The notes beneath the pieces were generated by a model that saw nothing but the letters and a program-made list of their open reading frames with translations, was not told the DNA's origin and did not search any database. The position numbers and the translations under genes are program-made. Shown one piece after another: positions 18,962 through 28,969 of a stretch of DNA of 64,000 bases (within the stretch, counting starts at the first letter, position 1; each line of letters begins with the position of its first letter). Source of the stretch: an uncultured virus (IMG/VR IMGVR_UViG_2643221865_000004) (Duplodnaviria; Heunggongvirae; Uroviricota; Caudoviricetes); the IMG/VR virus record IMGVR_UViG_2643221865_000004. One strand, written 5' to 3'.

Positions 18962-19642
18962 TCAGGCCTGTTGCCGCTTGGCCTGCTGGTTCAGGGCTTG
19001 GTAGTGGGTTGCCTCTCGGCTCCAGTGCATGACGGCGTTGTCGACGTTCCGGCTGGCGAGGACGGCGGCGACCCCGGCGAGGTGGCCGGTGGAGCGTTCC
19101 AGCTTCCAGTAGGCCGCGTTGAGCTCGTCGGCGTCGGTGGCGTCGGAGATGGAGTCGATGGCGTTCTGGTAGGCGGCGAAGCCGTCGACGCGGAGGCGTT
19201 GGATGGTCTCGTTGGACGTGTTCGGGTGGCGGAGGACGTTCTCCCGGATCCCGAGTCCTGCGGCGCCGCCGGAGCTGATGAAGTCGAGGAGCGTGCGCGA
19301 CGAGTTCGGGTGCTCGGACGCGATCATCTTCACCTCGTCGAAGTGCAGCCTGTCTTTCCGTGACAGCTCACGGAACACGATCTGCTCGAGCTCGTCGCCG
19401 AGCAGTTCCGGGTTCCGCAGTGCGTCCATGCGGACGGATCCTTCGTGGCGGTGGTTGTACTTCTCGTACGGGACGGCGCGGCGCCGGGCTGCGGTCGGGG
19501 ACGGTTCGATGAAGCTGAGGACGGGCGTTTCGCCGGGGACCTCACGGAGGGTGGGGAACTGGCCGGTGCGGGCGTCGTGGACGGTGCCGGACTTCTTCGA
19601 GAAGGTGACGGGGGCGGTGTAGCGCGGGTCATTGATCGGCAT
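18962..19642 (-). CDS. helical-repeat family protein, paralog 2
   Basis: RMDALRNPEL..ELSRK..RHPNTS; HDARTGQF; class A motif 19 nt upstream. Confidence 0.82.
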   Translation of the reverse strand: MPINDPRYTAPVTFSKKSGTVHDARTGQFPTLREVPGETPVLSFIEPSPTAARRRAVPYEKYNHRHEGSVRMDALRNPELLGDELEQIVFRELSRKDRLHFDEVKMIASEHPNSSRTLLDFISSGGAAGLGIRENVLRHPNTSNETIQRLRVDGFAAYQNAIDSISDATDADELNAAYWKLERSTGHLAGVAAVLASRNVDNAVMHWSREATHYQALNQQAKRQQA

Positions 19643-19802
19643 GAAGACGTAGGTGTGTGGCCGGCCTGGGTGAATCGCGCGCGGACCGGTAAAAGCAAGC
19701 CCTTACCCGCTCATCTTCACCGACAGAGAGCAGCCTGAAAGCTTCGATGTCGGGAGGTGCTGGGATGCTCACCATCCCCACCCACGACACGAAGGGCCAT
19801 CC

Positions 19803-20246
19803 TTGGCAGAACAGACCCTCGACCGCGACTACCTGTCCGAGATCACCGGCCTCGACGGAGCGGTACAGCTGACCAGCCGCCTGCTGGCCGGCCTGGTGTA
19901 CACAGGATGGCAGACCCGGTTCATGGAGAGCCCCGCCCGGATCCGGAAGCTCGGAGCTGAAACTGCAGAGCTCCGAGGCCGGGCCGCCGGAGACCGGGAC
20001 AGGATCCCCACCCCGATGGTTCAGCAGGTGTCGTGGATGATCGCCGAGCACGCCGAAGCTGTGACCACCGGACGGACCGACATGAACAGCCTGGTGCTGA
20101 TCATCGACGGTGACTGGGTCCGCGCCGGAGTGCACGACACCGAAACCGCCCCGTTCGTCATGGTCCGCGGCGGGTACAGCCGACCGACATTCGTTCAGCT
20201 GGCGATCGCCCTAGCCACGCTGAAAGAGCGGATGCTGGCCAGCTGA
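19803..20246 (+). CDS. hypothetical protein
   Basis: TTG start with GAAGGG SD. Confidence 0.6.
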   Translation: MAEQTLDRDYLSEITGLDGAVQLTSRLLAGLVYTGWQTRFMESPARIRKLGAETAELRGRAAGDRDRIPTPMVQQVSWMIAEHAEAVTTGRTDMNSLVLIIDGDWVRAGVHDTETAPFVMVRGGYSRPTFVQLAIALATLKERMLAS

Positions 20247-20270
20247 CACGCGCCGGAAGCCAGGCTCAGC

Positions 20271-21449
20271 TCAGCCGAGGCCTGCGCCGACCGCAGCCAT
20301 GAACGGTTGCGGGTTGATCCGGGCGCCGTCCTGGAACACTTCGAAATGCAGGTGGCAGCCGGTTGACGCACCCGTCGATCCGACGGAGGCGATGTTCTGC
20401 CCGGCGGTCACATGCTGCCCGACGGTCACGTAGATGCCGCCATCGACAATGTGGGCGTACCCGGTCTCCGTTCCGGCGCCGTGGGAGATCCTGATGAAGT
20501 TGCCGTACGTGCCGAGGGGACCAGCCCACACCACCGTTCCGGAGTACGCAGCGAAGATCGGGGAGCCGCACGCAGCGCCGAGGTCGGTCCCGTAATGGGT
20601 GCCGCCGGAGCAGCCCCCGGCGGTGCAGATGACAGACCTGGGGCCGAACCGGTCTGTGATGCTGCCAGCGGCGGGGCGGGCCCACCCCGACGTCTGCACG
20701 ATCCCCGGCAGCCCAGCTGTTCCGGAGAACCCAGCCACAGTCGCTGTCTCCGTCGCCTGCAGGAACTTCAGCTGCTCCACCATCTGGGCCACCTGAGCCG
20801 CCTGAGCGGTAACAGCAGCCTGAGCGGCCTTCTGCAAGGCGGTCGCCTCGGCGAGCTTCTTCTTCGTGGAGTCCCGCAGCTTCTTCGTGGCGGCCTCGGC
20901 GGCCGAAGCGTTCCGGTCCAGTGCGTCCGCAGTCTTGGACGCTACGGTCGCGGACTCATACAGGTCGGCGGTGCCGTCAGCCAGCTTCGACAGACGACCC
21001 AACTTCGACAGCATCTCGGTGGCGCCACCCTCATCGCTGAGGAACAGCTTCGCGGTGGTAGCCGAGGGGTCCCCGCCACCCCGATACATCTGCGCTGCGA
21101 TCCTCCCGGCCTGAGCTTCGGTGCGGCGAGCTTCACGTCGGGCGGCATCCGCCTTCACCTGCAAGGTGTCTGACCGTTCCGCGGCAGCGTCCAACTTCTG
21201 CTGCGCTTCCTCCAACGCGGCCGCGGCGGTTGTTGCGGCTTTCTGGGCGGCGGCTGCCTTCCCCTGCTGCTTGGCGAGGAGCGCCTGCAACTGGCCGACC
21301 TTCGCCACTGTCTGTTCGGTGGAGGTCTTCGCTGCAAGGACATCGTCCCAGTTCGGTGCGGTGTCGGCAGCTGCCGGGGTAGCGACAAGGAGCACAACTG
21401 CGACTGCAGCGACAACGGACGCGGCGATCCGGCTGGTGCGGTTGGGCAT
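20271..21449 (-). CDS. secreted coiled-coil M23 peptidase (peptidoglycan endopeptidase)
   Basis: Signal peptide, coiled coil, HYGTD, YAH, CHLHFEV; CAGGAG SD; class C motif at 21503. Confidence 0.9.
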   Translation of the reverse strand: MPNRTSRIAASVVAAVAVVLLVATPAAADTAPNWDDVLAAKTSTEQTVAKVGQLQALLAKQQGKAAAAQKAATTAAAALEEAQQKLDAAAERSDTLQVKADAARREARRTEAQAGRIAAQMYRGGGDPSATTAKLFLSDEGGATEMLSKLGRLSKLADGTADLYESATVASKTADALDRNASAAEAATKKLRDSTKKKLAEATALQKAAQAAVTAQAAQVAQMVEQLKFLQATETATVAGFSGTAGLPGIVQTSGWARPAAGSITDRFGPRSVICTAGGCSGGTHYGTDLGAACGSPIFAAYSGTVVWAGPLGTYGNFIRISHGAGTETGYAHIVDGGIYVTVGQHVTAGQNIASVGSTGASTGCHLHFEVFQDGARINPQPFMAAVGAGLG

Positions 21450-21570
21450 GGATTGGTGCTCCTGGGTGGGGTGTGCCGGGCGGGTGGACGGCGACATGAA
21501 GACATGTGGCAAGTCCTCAGATGCCGAGGTTTGCCACATGTCTCCGCGGTGAACCCGAAAGGCATTTCCC

Positions 21571-23259
21571 GTGTACCGCAACGCCCGTATCCCTGCCCGC
21601 CGTCTGATCTCGAACGTCAGGGCCGCGATCGACTTGGCGTCGATCATGGTCGGTGTCCTCGTCATCGCCATCGTCGGAGGGGTGATCTCAACGTCGCTCT
21701 TCGCCGTGGTCCCCTGGGCGCAGGATGAGGCCGCAAAGCAGTCGCTAGGTGCCGTCATGGATGCGGAGTCAGCGGAGCGGGGAGCCGGAGATGACCATGC
21801 ATTCAAGTCGACAGACCAGCTTGGCCAGTACCTGCACGACCCCACCGGCGTCGCCGTAGATGCGAACGAGGACGGCAGCTGCTACGTCGCAGCCTCACGG
21901 TCGGCCACGACAGAGACGTTCTACGTCACGTCGACCAACCCGAAGCCCGTGAAGTACGAGTACGGGGTCACCGACACATCCAGCTGCGTCCCGTTCTCAG
22001 ACGTGCTCGCCCAACTGCCGGCAGTCGCCGTCTCAATGCCCGGCTCCGGCCAGTACCTGAAAGAGATCGTCGGGACCGCCAACGACTACGCCGTTGCCCC
22101 GAACCTCGGAGCGATCGAACGAGGTCTTGTCACCGACCCCGGGTTCAACAACACCCGCGCCGCGCACCCCGAGATCACCGCACCGTGGACGGATGTGGCT
22201 CCCACCGTGAAGCCCGCCTCGAACACCCAGTTCTCCATCGGTTTCGACGACGGTCAGGCACAGCCCAGCGGCAGCGACGTCAACTTCGGCAAGCGCGTCG
22301 GAGTCGTCACATTCGACAAGGTGTACGTCGGCGCCGTCCAGGTGTACGGCGGACAGAAGGTGCTGTGCACGCTCCCCGAGGAGATCAACACCGCGAAGGC
22401 TTTCCTTGACGCTGTCGGTGCAGACCTCACCTGCCCGACATCGACCAGCGGACAGGCGATCGTCAGCATGTGGGCGTGGGGCAACTCAGTTGCACCGACC
22501 GCCGACGCCCGCGGCAACGGATATGGAGAGATGACCCCCGAGAACATCGCGAAGTTCGCCTCCGCCCGGAGGCTCACCTCGGTGAACGTGTCAGTGCCCT
22601 GGGCGGCATCCAACGCCGGCCCGATCCGAGACTGGGTGCACAACACCGTCGAAGCGCTCCACAACCGCGGCATCAAGGCGTACGCACTCGGCGGCGAGAA
22701 CACCTGGGTCGACTCCCCCATCCTCGCGGCAACCTGGGCTGAATCAGCGCTGGCATCAGGAGACTTCGACGGCATCCAGTTCGACATCGAACCGTGGGTT
22801 CTCGGCTACGACGCTTCCGTGTACGCCCCGAAGCTCGCAACGCTGTTCGATGCGACCCGTGCAGAGATCGGCGGGTCCGTCCCCGTCAACTCCGACCTCC
22901 CGTGGTGGCTCGCAGTCACCGACGCCGGCGGCCAGTCCGCAATGGACGTCATCCTCCCCCACATCGACTCAGCAGCAGTCGTCGTGTTCATCGACCACGC
23001 AGACGGCGCGGGCGGCATCATCCAGATCGCAGCCCCGGCTGTAGCGAAGATGGCAGCGTCAGGCAAGCCGTGGACGGTTGGTGTAGAGACGGAGAACCCC
23101 GTGACTGTGAACATCGGCCCGGAGTTCACCTTCTACGAAGAAGGAGCCAAGGCCCTCAACACCGAAGCGAAGAAGGTGAAGACCGCGTTCAAGAACATCG
23201 CCGGGTTCAAGGGTGTGACCGTGGAGCACATGCGCAGCTGGGCTCAGCTCCGCCCCTGA
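21571..23259 (+). CDS. pilin-like N-terminus fused to glycoside-hydrolase-like TIM barrel
   Basis: IDLASIMVGVLVIAIVGGVI..VPWAQDEAAKQSL (pilin-like helix); FDGIQFDIEPW (GH18-like DxxxxDxE); class C motif at 21533. Confidence 0.6.
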   Translation: MYRNARIPARRLISNVRAAIDLASIMVGVLVIAIVGGVISTSLFAVVPWAQDEAAKQSLGAVMDAESAERGAGDDHAFKSTDQLGQYLHDPTGVAVDANEDGSCYVAASRSATTETFYVTSTNPKPVKYEYGVTDTSSCVPFSDVLAQLPAVAVSMPGSGQYLKEIVGTANDYAVAPNLGAIERGLVTDPGFNNTRAAHPEITAPWTDVAPTVKPASNTQFSIGFDDGQAQPSGSDVNFGKRVGVVTFDKVYVGAVQVYGGQKVLCTLPEEINTAKAFLDAVGADLTCPTSTSGQAIVSMWAWGNSVAPTADARGNGYGEMTPENIAKFASARRLTSVNVSVPWAASNAGPIRDWVHNTVEALHNRGIKAYALGGENTWVDSPILAATWAESALASGDFDGIQFDIEPWVLGYDASVYAPKLATLFDATRAEIGGSVPVNSDLPWWLAVTDAGGQSAMDVILPHIDSAAVVVFIDHADGAGGIIQIAAPAVAKMAASGKPWTVGVETENPVTVNIGPEFTFYEEGAKALNTEAKKVKTAFKNIAGFKGVTVEHMRSWAQLRP

Positions 23260-23276
23260 ATTGCTCCTGCGCCGGC

Positions 23277-24125
23277 TCAGCCGCGTCGGAGGAACGACAG
23301 CAGCGTGCGTCGCTTCGACGCGGGCGCGGGCGCGGGCACGGTTTCGGATCGGGGCGGCAACGCCGGGACGTCGGCCAGGACGAGCGGCGTCCGCTCCGGA
23401 AGGGGCGGAACAGGCGGCAGGTCGTAGATGACCGGCTGGGTTGCGGCAGGGCGCCACGGAGGCAGCGGCGGAACCGGGACCTCCCCGACAGGAGCGATCC
23501 GCTCCCGCGGTGCGGGTGCCGGCTTCAGGTGCTCCGGAATGGTGATCAACTTCGGGCCGCCAGGTGCGGTTGCCGCAGGCTGGAGACCTCCGGGCGGCGC
23601 CCATGGGCTCTCTGCCGGATCAGTTTCGGACAGCTCGTCCCATGCCGGCATCTGGATGAGCCCGGAGACGACAGTCTCGGAGGCCAGGCGCGCCTGCAGG
23701 ACGTGGTCCTCGGCTGAGCCGACGACGCTGAGGGCGGAGCCGCTCATGCGGGTCTGGTTGCGGAGGTACTGGTCGTCGACAACACGGGTGGGGTCACCGT
23801 CGATCCACCATTCGTCATCTCCGGCTTTCGTGTATCGGTAGCCGCGGGACAGCACATCGGTCTTCGCCGGCACGTCGGACGGGTCAACGTCGGCAGCTTC
23901 GTATGAGAAGTCGACTTCGATCTCGTCGGCAAGGACCGGGGTTGAATCCAAGACGGTGGTCGACGCGTCGTGTGGTGCTGCACCGTGCCAGGCTGCAGCA
24001 GGCACGCCTCCACCTTTGCCTTGGGCGCGACGGATGTTGCCGTCTGAACCTTTCACGCACAGGCCGTAGCCCGGGATGAAGCGGGTCTCGGATGGAACTG
24101 TCGGGGTCTTCTTGGTTTTCGGCAT
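23277..24125 (-). CDS. hypothetical protein with proline-rich C-terminus
   Basis: Class A motif 18 nt upstream; PPLPP-type repeats. Confidence 0.78.
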   Translation of the reverse strand: MPKTKKTPTVPSETRFIPGYGLCVKGSDGNIRRAQGKGGGVPAAAWHGAAPHDASTTVLDSTPVLADEIEVDFSYEAADVDPSDVPAKTDVLSRGYRYTKAGDDEWWIDGDPTRVVDDQYLRNQTRMSGSALSVVGSAEDHVLQARLASETVVSGLIQMPAWDELSETDPAESPWAPPGGLQPAATAPGGPKLITIPEHLKPAPAPRERIAPVGEVPVPPLPPWRPAATQPVIYDLPPVPPLPERTPLVLADVPALPPRSETVPAPAPASKRRTLLSFLRRG

Positions 24126-24148
24126 GCGATGTAGGTGTGTGGCGCCAA

Positions 24149-24823
24149 TCAGTAGTCGTACAGGTCAGCGACGGACGCGGCGAGGTCATGGACGTGTGCG
24201 ACGTCAGCCCAGGGGCGACCGTCGATGTCGGCGACTCCGCGGGCGGCGAGGACGTTGGAGACCAAACCGATGTGCTCGGCGACTCGTGAGAACGACACCT
24301 TCGCTTCGTCGATGCCGGCGGCGACGCCTTCCCGGTGGGCGTAGAAGTTGGAGACGGCCTCCTGGTAGAACCGAGTCAGTGTCTCCACGCTTGCTTCAGG
24401 GTGGACGGCTGCGGCGTTTCGGACAGGCAGGTGGGCAAGCCCAGTGTGCTGAGTGATGGCGTGCAGCAGCCCGCAGTCGGCGGACGGGTGCGATGCGATC
24501 GCGGCGAGGGCCGGGGCGGACTTGTACGTGTTCCGTCGGCCCAGCTCGAACTGGGCCGCTTCGGTGATCTCTCCCAGCTCGAGGTGGGGGTTGGCGAGAG
24601 CGTCGAGGCGTGCGTATTCAGCAGCGTCCGGCACGTAGATCGGGTACTCGTCGAAGTCCGCGAAGGGGCGGGTGTAGTCGTGGTCCTCGTCGGTGAACTC
24701 CAAGTAGGCATCGGCGGGGTGACCGACGACCTTCTTGAACTGCATGGTGATCGGGTCTCGGTCGCGTGCGGCTTCGAACTCGGCGAGGCTCCGGCCGAAC
24801 AGTTTCCTGGTCTTCGATGGCAT
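24149..24823 (-). CDS. helical-repeat family protein, paralog 3
   Basis: RLDALANPHL..ELGRR..VHPEAS; RDPITMQF; AAGGAG SD; tandem A (24857) and C (24915) motifs. Confidence 0.8.
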   Translation of the reverse strand: MPSKTRKLFGRSLAEFEAARDRDPITMQFKKVVGHPADAYLEFTDEDHDYTRPFADFDEYPIYVPDAAEYARLDALANPHLELGEITEAAQFELGRRNTYKSAPALAAIASHPSADCGLLHAITQHTGLAHLPVRNAAAVHPEASVETLTRFYQEAVSNFYAHREGVAAGIDEAKVSFSRVAEHIGLVSNVLAARGVADIDGRPWADVAHVHDLAASVADLYDY

Positions 24824-24924
24824 AGCGGTTGTGCTCCTTCTACGGTTTCGGATCCGTATGTGTGCGGGCGGATTCCGGCTGTGTCGGTCCGGGCGTTTCG
24901 CCGCGCCGGGGAGACATGTGGCGA

Positions 24925-25986
24925 CTAGGCGGTGGGAGCGGTCCTGGCGAGGTTTTCCAGCATCTGGATCTCCTGCGACCAGTCGTTCGACTTGTCGGTG
25001 GACATGAACCCGATGACGGTGTCGGTTACGGACGGGAGCAGCATCGGGTCGTCGATCGCGGCTTCCAGGTCGTCGATCTCGCCAGCCCAGTCGTTGCTGT
25101 CATCTCCGTGCAGCATCTCGGTGACCATGGAGATCGTCAGCTCGCGGTGCTCGCGCACGTCGATGCGTTCATTCGCCGCTGCGTTCACAGGGCGGGCGGC
25201 GTCATCGATCGGCAGCCCCTGCTTGAAGGTGAACGTCCCATCGCCGAGACGGCCCTGGTCCTCCGAAGGAGCGGCCACGCGTCGTGCGCGGTCGACGATC
25301 CCTTGCAGCTTGGTGACTGCCAGGTCGTTCTGCTTGTGGAGCGCTTCGGTGAGCTGTTCGTCGGTCGGGTCGGTACCGGCCAAGCCGGCGCCGCTGATCA
25401 GCTCGTCGCGTCGACGGCGCGGCGTGATGTCCTGCTCCTGGGCGGTCGGGCGGATGTAGCTCGGGATGGCGCGCAGATTCGCGGCGTGATACACCCCGAC
25501 GGGGAGGTTGTCGTGGTTGTCCTTCCGGACCTTCTCCAGCGTGCGGATGACGCCTTCGCCGACCCCGCGGCCGCCTGCGGCGATCCGGGCTGCGTCACGA
25601 GCGATGGCGACGTCGACGGGGATGGGGAAGTCGATGACGTGGACGATCGCGCCCAAGCTGTTCGCGAACGCTGCAGTGTCATGCAACGAGCCGGTCTTCA
25701 CGTGGGTGTTGTCGAGGATGACGTCGTGGCCGGCGGCGACAGCCTGTCGGACCAGCTCCTCAGAGGCGAGGGTCACCTGGTTCTCGTCGATCTCCGGACC
25801 CCAGTAGGTTCCGAACATGTCGAAGCGGAGGTCATCCCGGTTCACCCGGACGGTGTGACCATCCGACGATGCTTCCTGCAGCTTCGCCCAGGTGGTCTTT
25901 CCGGAGCCGGGGATCCCGCGGGTTAGGTAGACGCGCGGAGGCTGTGCGAGATCGCGGGAGCTCTGGTGTGCTTGTGTGAGAGTCAT
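24925..25986 (-). CDS. AAA_33 / polynucleotide-kinase-like P-loop kinase
   Basis: GIPGSGKT, VNRDDLR, VILDNTH, AIARDAAR; ATGA overlap with upstream gene. Confidence 0.85.
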   Translation of the reverse strand: MTLTQAHQSSRDLAQPPRVYLTRGIPGSGKTTWAKLQEASSDGHTVRVNRDDLRFDMFGTYWGPEIDENQVTLASEELVRQAVAAGHDVILDNTHVKTGSLHDTAAFANSLGAIVHVIDFPIPVDVAIARDAARIAAGGRGVGEGVIRTLEKVRKDNHDNLPVGVYHAANLRAIPSYIRPTAQEQDITPRRRRDELISGAGLAGTDPTDEQLTEALHKQNDLAVTKLQGIVDRARRVAAPSEDQGRLGDGTFTFKQGLPIDDAARPVNAAANERIDVREHRELTISMVTEMLHGDDSNDWAGEIDDLEAAIDDPMLLPSVTDTVIGFMSTDKSNDWSQEIQMLENLARTAPTA

Positions 25987-27059
25987 CGGAGGCCCAACGC
26001 CTTCGCGATCTCATCCGTGGACATGGCGGCGACTTCCGCCTTCGCCTTCTTCGCAGCGGCGCGCTTCGCAGAGGCCTTCGCCTTCTCGGCGGCTGCGTAC
26101 TCCTGGTCGCGGTCGGTGGCGGTGCGGACGAACGGGATGAACGAGCCGCTGGCTCGGGTGTAGTCGCCGCCGCGGTCGATGGTGTGACGACCGTACTGTT
26201 CGATGATCGCCTCGAGTCGCTTCTCCATCCGTGCGGTTCGGTCGTTCAACGCGTACGGGGCGTACTCCTTCGGGTCGCGGGTTTCCGCGTCGGTGAGGCC
26301 GTTGATGACGACGTGGATGGACTGCCCGCCGGCGTACTTGTCCGTGTTCACTGTCCAGGTGGCGTGGTCTGGGATCAGTCCGGCCTTCTGGGCGTACTTG
26401 AAGTCCTGGCGGACGCTCGCTGCGACCTTGGCGACGTCGGGGTAGGTGCCGTCGTACTTTGCGCCCCGGAACTGTCCATTCCAGGCGTCGCCGAGGTACT
26501 CGTCACCTTCGGCGAAGATGTCGTACTTCACTCCGTCGCGCCACCACTCCTCTGACCCGTCCGGGTGGACGACGGCGGGGTCGCCGAGTCGGTGGGGCTG
26601 CCCGTCGTGGAAGTAGCGGTGGACGCCGCCCTCTTCGATGTGGGCTTCCCAGGAGTGGCCGTCTTCGTCGTAGGCCCAGTACTGGGTGCGGATGCCGTCG
26701 GCGTCCGTGTGGGTGTAGCGGAGCTCCAGCTTGACGTCGTCGGAGAAGGGCTCGAACAGGTAGTTGCCGTCGAGCATGTAGTACCCGCCGCCGTCGCGGT
26801 AAACGACTGCGTGGCCGTCTTCGCGGTGCAGAGCTCGGGAGCCGTCTGCCGAGGTCTTGAAGTATTGAGTGGTGCCGTGCTCGTTGACCTCGACGGTGTC
26901 GTACCCGCCGGCGGCCGTTGAGGTGAGCTCGCCGAAGTCGGCGTCGCTCAGGACGTGGCTGACGAATGTGCCTGGCTTCGCAGTGCTGTTGGCGGCGGCG
27001 TGGCCGGCGCCGTTCCGGTCGACGGTGGCGGGGCCGGTGAATGTCTTCTGATTTCCCAT
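25983..27059 (-). CDS. protein with HRxDGxA repeats and probable LPD29-like domain
   Basis: LHREDGHAV, PHRLGDPAVVHPDGSEEWW; GAKY..AASVRQD..TVNTDKYAGGQSIHV; class A motif 18 nt upstream. Confidence 0.55.
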   Translation of the reverse strand: MGNQKTFTGPATVDRNGAGHAAANSTAKPGTFVSHVLSDADFGELTSTAAGGYDTVEVNEHGTTQYFKTSADGSRALHREDGHAVVYRDGGGYYMLDGNYLFEPFSDDVKLELRYTHTDADGIRTQYWAYDEDGHSWEAHIEEGGVHRYFHDGQPHRLGDPAVVHPDGSEEWWRDGVKYDIFAEGDEYLGDAWNGQFRGAKYDGTYPDVAKVAASVRQDFKYAQKAGLIPDHATWTVNTDKYAGGQSIHVVINGLTDAETRDPKEYAPYALNDRTARMEKRLEAIIEQYGRHTIDRGGDYTRASGSFIPFVRTATDRDQEYAAAEKAKASAKRAAAKKAKAEVAAMSTDEIAKALGLR

Positions 27060-27083
27060 ACGCCGTAGGTGTGTGGCGTCGCC

Positions 27084-27941
27084 CTAGCCGCGGCCGACAC
27101 GCACGTGGACGGCGGTGATGTCGTCGACATGCTTCGAGCGCGGGTAGGTGATGAAGTCTGGGTCGTTGTCGTACGCCTGCAGGAGCCGGATCGCAGGGAT
27201 GTGCAGGGAGGTTTCGGTGACGGTGCGGCGAAGGTGGTCCCAGTCATCGAACAGCCCGATCTCCACCGCTGCCGCGTACCCGTCGGTGGCGAGGATGACG
27301 TCGGTCACCTGTGTGGCGTCCCACTCCCGGTAGGTGGCCAGCGGGATGCCGGCGCCGTCGAGGGTGAGGACGGAGTAGCCGTGTGGGGTGTTCATGTGTC
27401 GGCGTGCGAACACTTTCGCGTCGTGGACGTACTTCATGCCCTCACGGGCGGTGATTCCGCGAGCGTCGGCTTCCGACTGTGCGGCGGCGAGCATGTCGGC
27501 GTCCAGCTGGAGAAGGACGGGGCTGTTCAGCTCTTCGAAGGTGCCGTCGGTGAGGAACACCACCGCTGACACGTCTGCGAAGGACAGCACTTGCAGCTTC
27601 CCGTCGCGGACTCGAGCGATGGCGCCGGCGGCGGACGGTCGGAACTCGGTCGGGCGGGACGGGTCTGAGAGGGTTCGGCCGGGTTCGGTGTCGGCGACGG
27701 CCGCCACGGCTTCGGCAGCGATGTCGTGGAGGGTGCCGGGGCCGGATACGGTGGCTGCGAGCTGTTGGGTGAGGGTGTGGGAGAACCATTCGACGTCGGT
27801 GCCCCAGTCGGTGATCTGCTCCCCTCCGAGCCCGGAGGCTCCGTCTAGGACGATCGCTGCGTCGCTAGTGACGGCGAACGCGTCTTCAGAGAATGAGCGT
27901 CGGCCGCGGGCGTAGGTGCTGGAGCTGAGGTTGTGTGCCAC
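27084..27941 (-). CDS. PP2C-like phosphatase (paralog 1)
   Basis: SEDA..VLDGASG..ADV..ILATDG..DDITAV; class C motif 18 nt upstream. Confidence 0.85.
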   Translation of the reverse strand: MAHNLSSSTYARGRRSFSEDAFAVTSDAAIVLDGASGLGGEQITDWGTDVEWFSHTLTQQLAATVSGPGTLHDIAAEAVAAVADTEPGRTLSDPSRPTEFRPSAAGAIARVRDGKLQVLSFADVSAVVFLTDGTFEELNSPVLLQLDADMLAAAQSEADARGITAREGMKYVHDAKVFARRHMNTPHGYSVLTLDGAGIPLATYREWDATQVTDVILATDGYAAAVEIGLFDDWDHLRRTVTETSLHIPAIRLLQAYDNDPDFITYPRSKHVDDITAVHVRVGRG

Positions 27942-27976
27942 GCCCTGAAGGCATGTGGCGGAAGCTTCTCGCCCTG

Positions 27977-28825
27977 TCAGGCGAATCGGAGGTGGACGGC
28001 GGTCATGTCGTCGATCGCCTTGAACCGCGGGTGCTTCTCGAAGTCGGGGTCGGCGGTGTACGCGTCGATGATCTTGTCGGCGACCGCAGCGAGGCCGTCC
28101 TTGTTGATTGCGGTCAGCAGCTCGCTGTAGGTGTCGTACACGCCGGCGCAGGTGACCGCGGCGGCGTACCCGTCTGTGAGGAGCAGCACTTCTTGTACGG
28201 TACCGGCGGGGTAGCTGGCGGACAGTCCGTTCTGGACTCCGGACCCGTCCAGGCTGAGGACCGGGTAGCCGTGGTCTTCGTCGTTGATCAGGGTCCGCTT
28301 CCGCACCTTCAGGTGGCCGATGTGGTTGACGGCTTCTCGGAAGGTGATGCCTTGCTCGTCAGCGATCTGACGGGCGGCGACGAACATGGTCTCTTCGATC
28401 TGCGGCAGGACGGTGTCTGTGATGACGTCGACACCGCCGTCGTGCCGGACGACGGCTACGACATCCGCGAGGACGTGCACCTGGACGTTTCCGCGCCAGA
28501 CGCGGCATGCGGTGCCGGCGGCCGCGGGCTGGAACTCGACCGGGTGTGTTCCGTCGATGAGGGCGCTCGGGGAGACTGAGTGCAGGTCTGCGAGGCTTCG
28601 GGCGAACGCTTGGGCGACTGTCGGTGCGCTCTGCAGGTGACTGGTGGTGCCGATGGCGGTGTTGTGGGCGAACCATTGGGAGTCGCTGGACCAGCCTGAC
28701 TCGTTCACGTCGCCGAGCCCGGAGGCGCCGTCGATGAGGACGGCGGAGTTCGCGGTGACGGAGAATGCATCCTCGGAGAAGTCACAGCGGCCGCGGGCGT
28801 AGGTGTTGATGGTTGGGTGGCGCAC
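27977..28825 (-). CDS. PP2C-like phosphatase (paralog 2)
   Basis: SEDA..LIDGASG..LLLTDG..DDMTAV; start moved to GTG 28825 (18 nt after class C motif; aligns with paralog 1). Confidence 0.85.
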   Translation of the reverse strand: MRHPTINTYARGRCDFSEDAFSVTANSAVLIDGASGLGDVNESGWSSDSQWFAHNTAIGTTSHLQSAPTVAQAFARSLADLHSVSPSALIDGTHPVEFQPAAAGTACRVWRGNVQVHVLADVVAVVRHDGGVDVITDTVLPQIEETMFVAARQIADEQGITFREAVNHIGHLKVRKRTLINDEDHGYPVLSLDGSGVQNGLSASYPAGTVQEVLLLTDGYAAAVTCAGVYDTYSELLTAINKDGLAAVADKIIDAYTADPDFEKHPRFKAIDDMTAVHLRFA

Positions 28826-28969
28826 ATCGGGAAGGCATGTGGCAGAAATGCTGGCATCCTTGGCCGCCGGTGTATCCAGCAGGCCGAGGAATGACAGGTT
28901 GAGCGGACCGCCGCGAAGGGCGTTGACGCCAGCCTCGCGACGGTCCGAGTTGATGATGGTCACGGGCGT

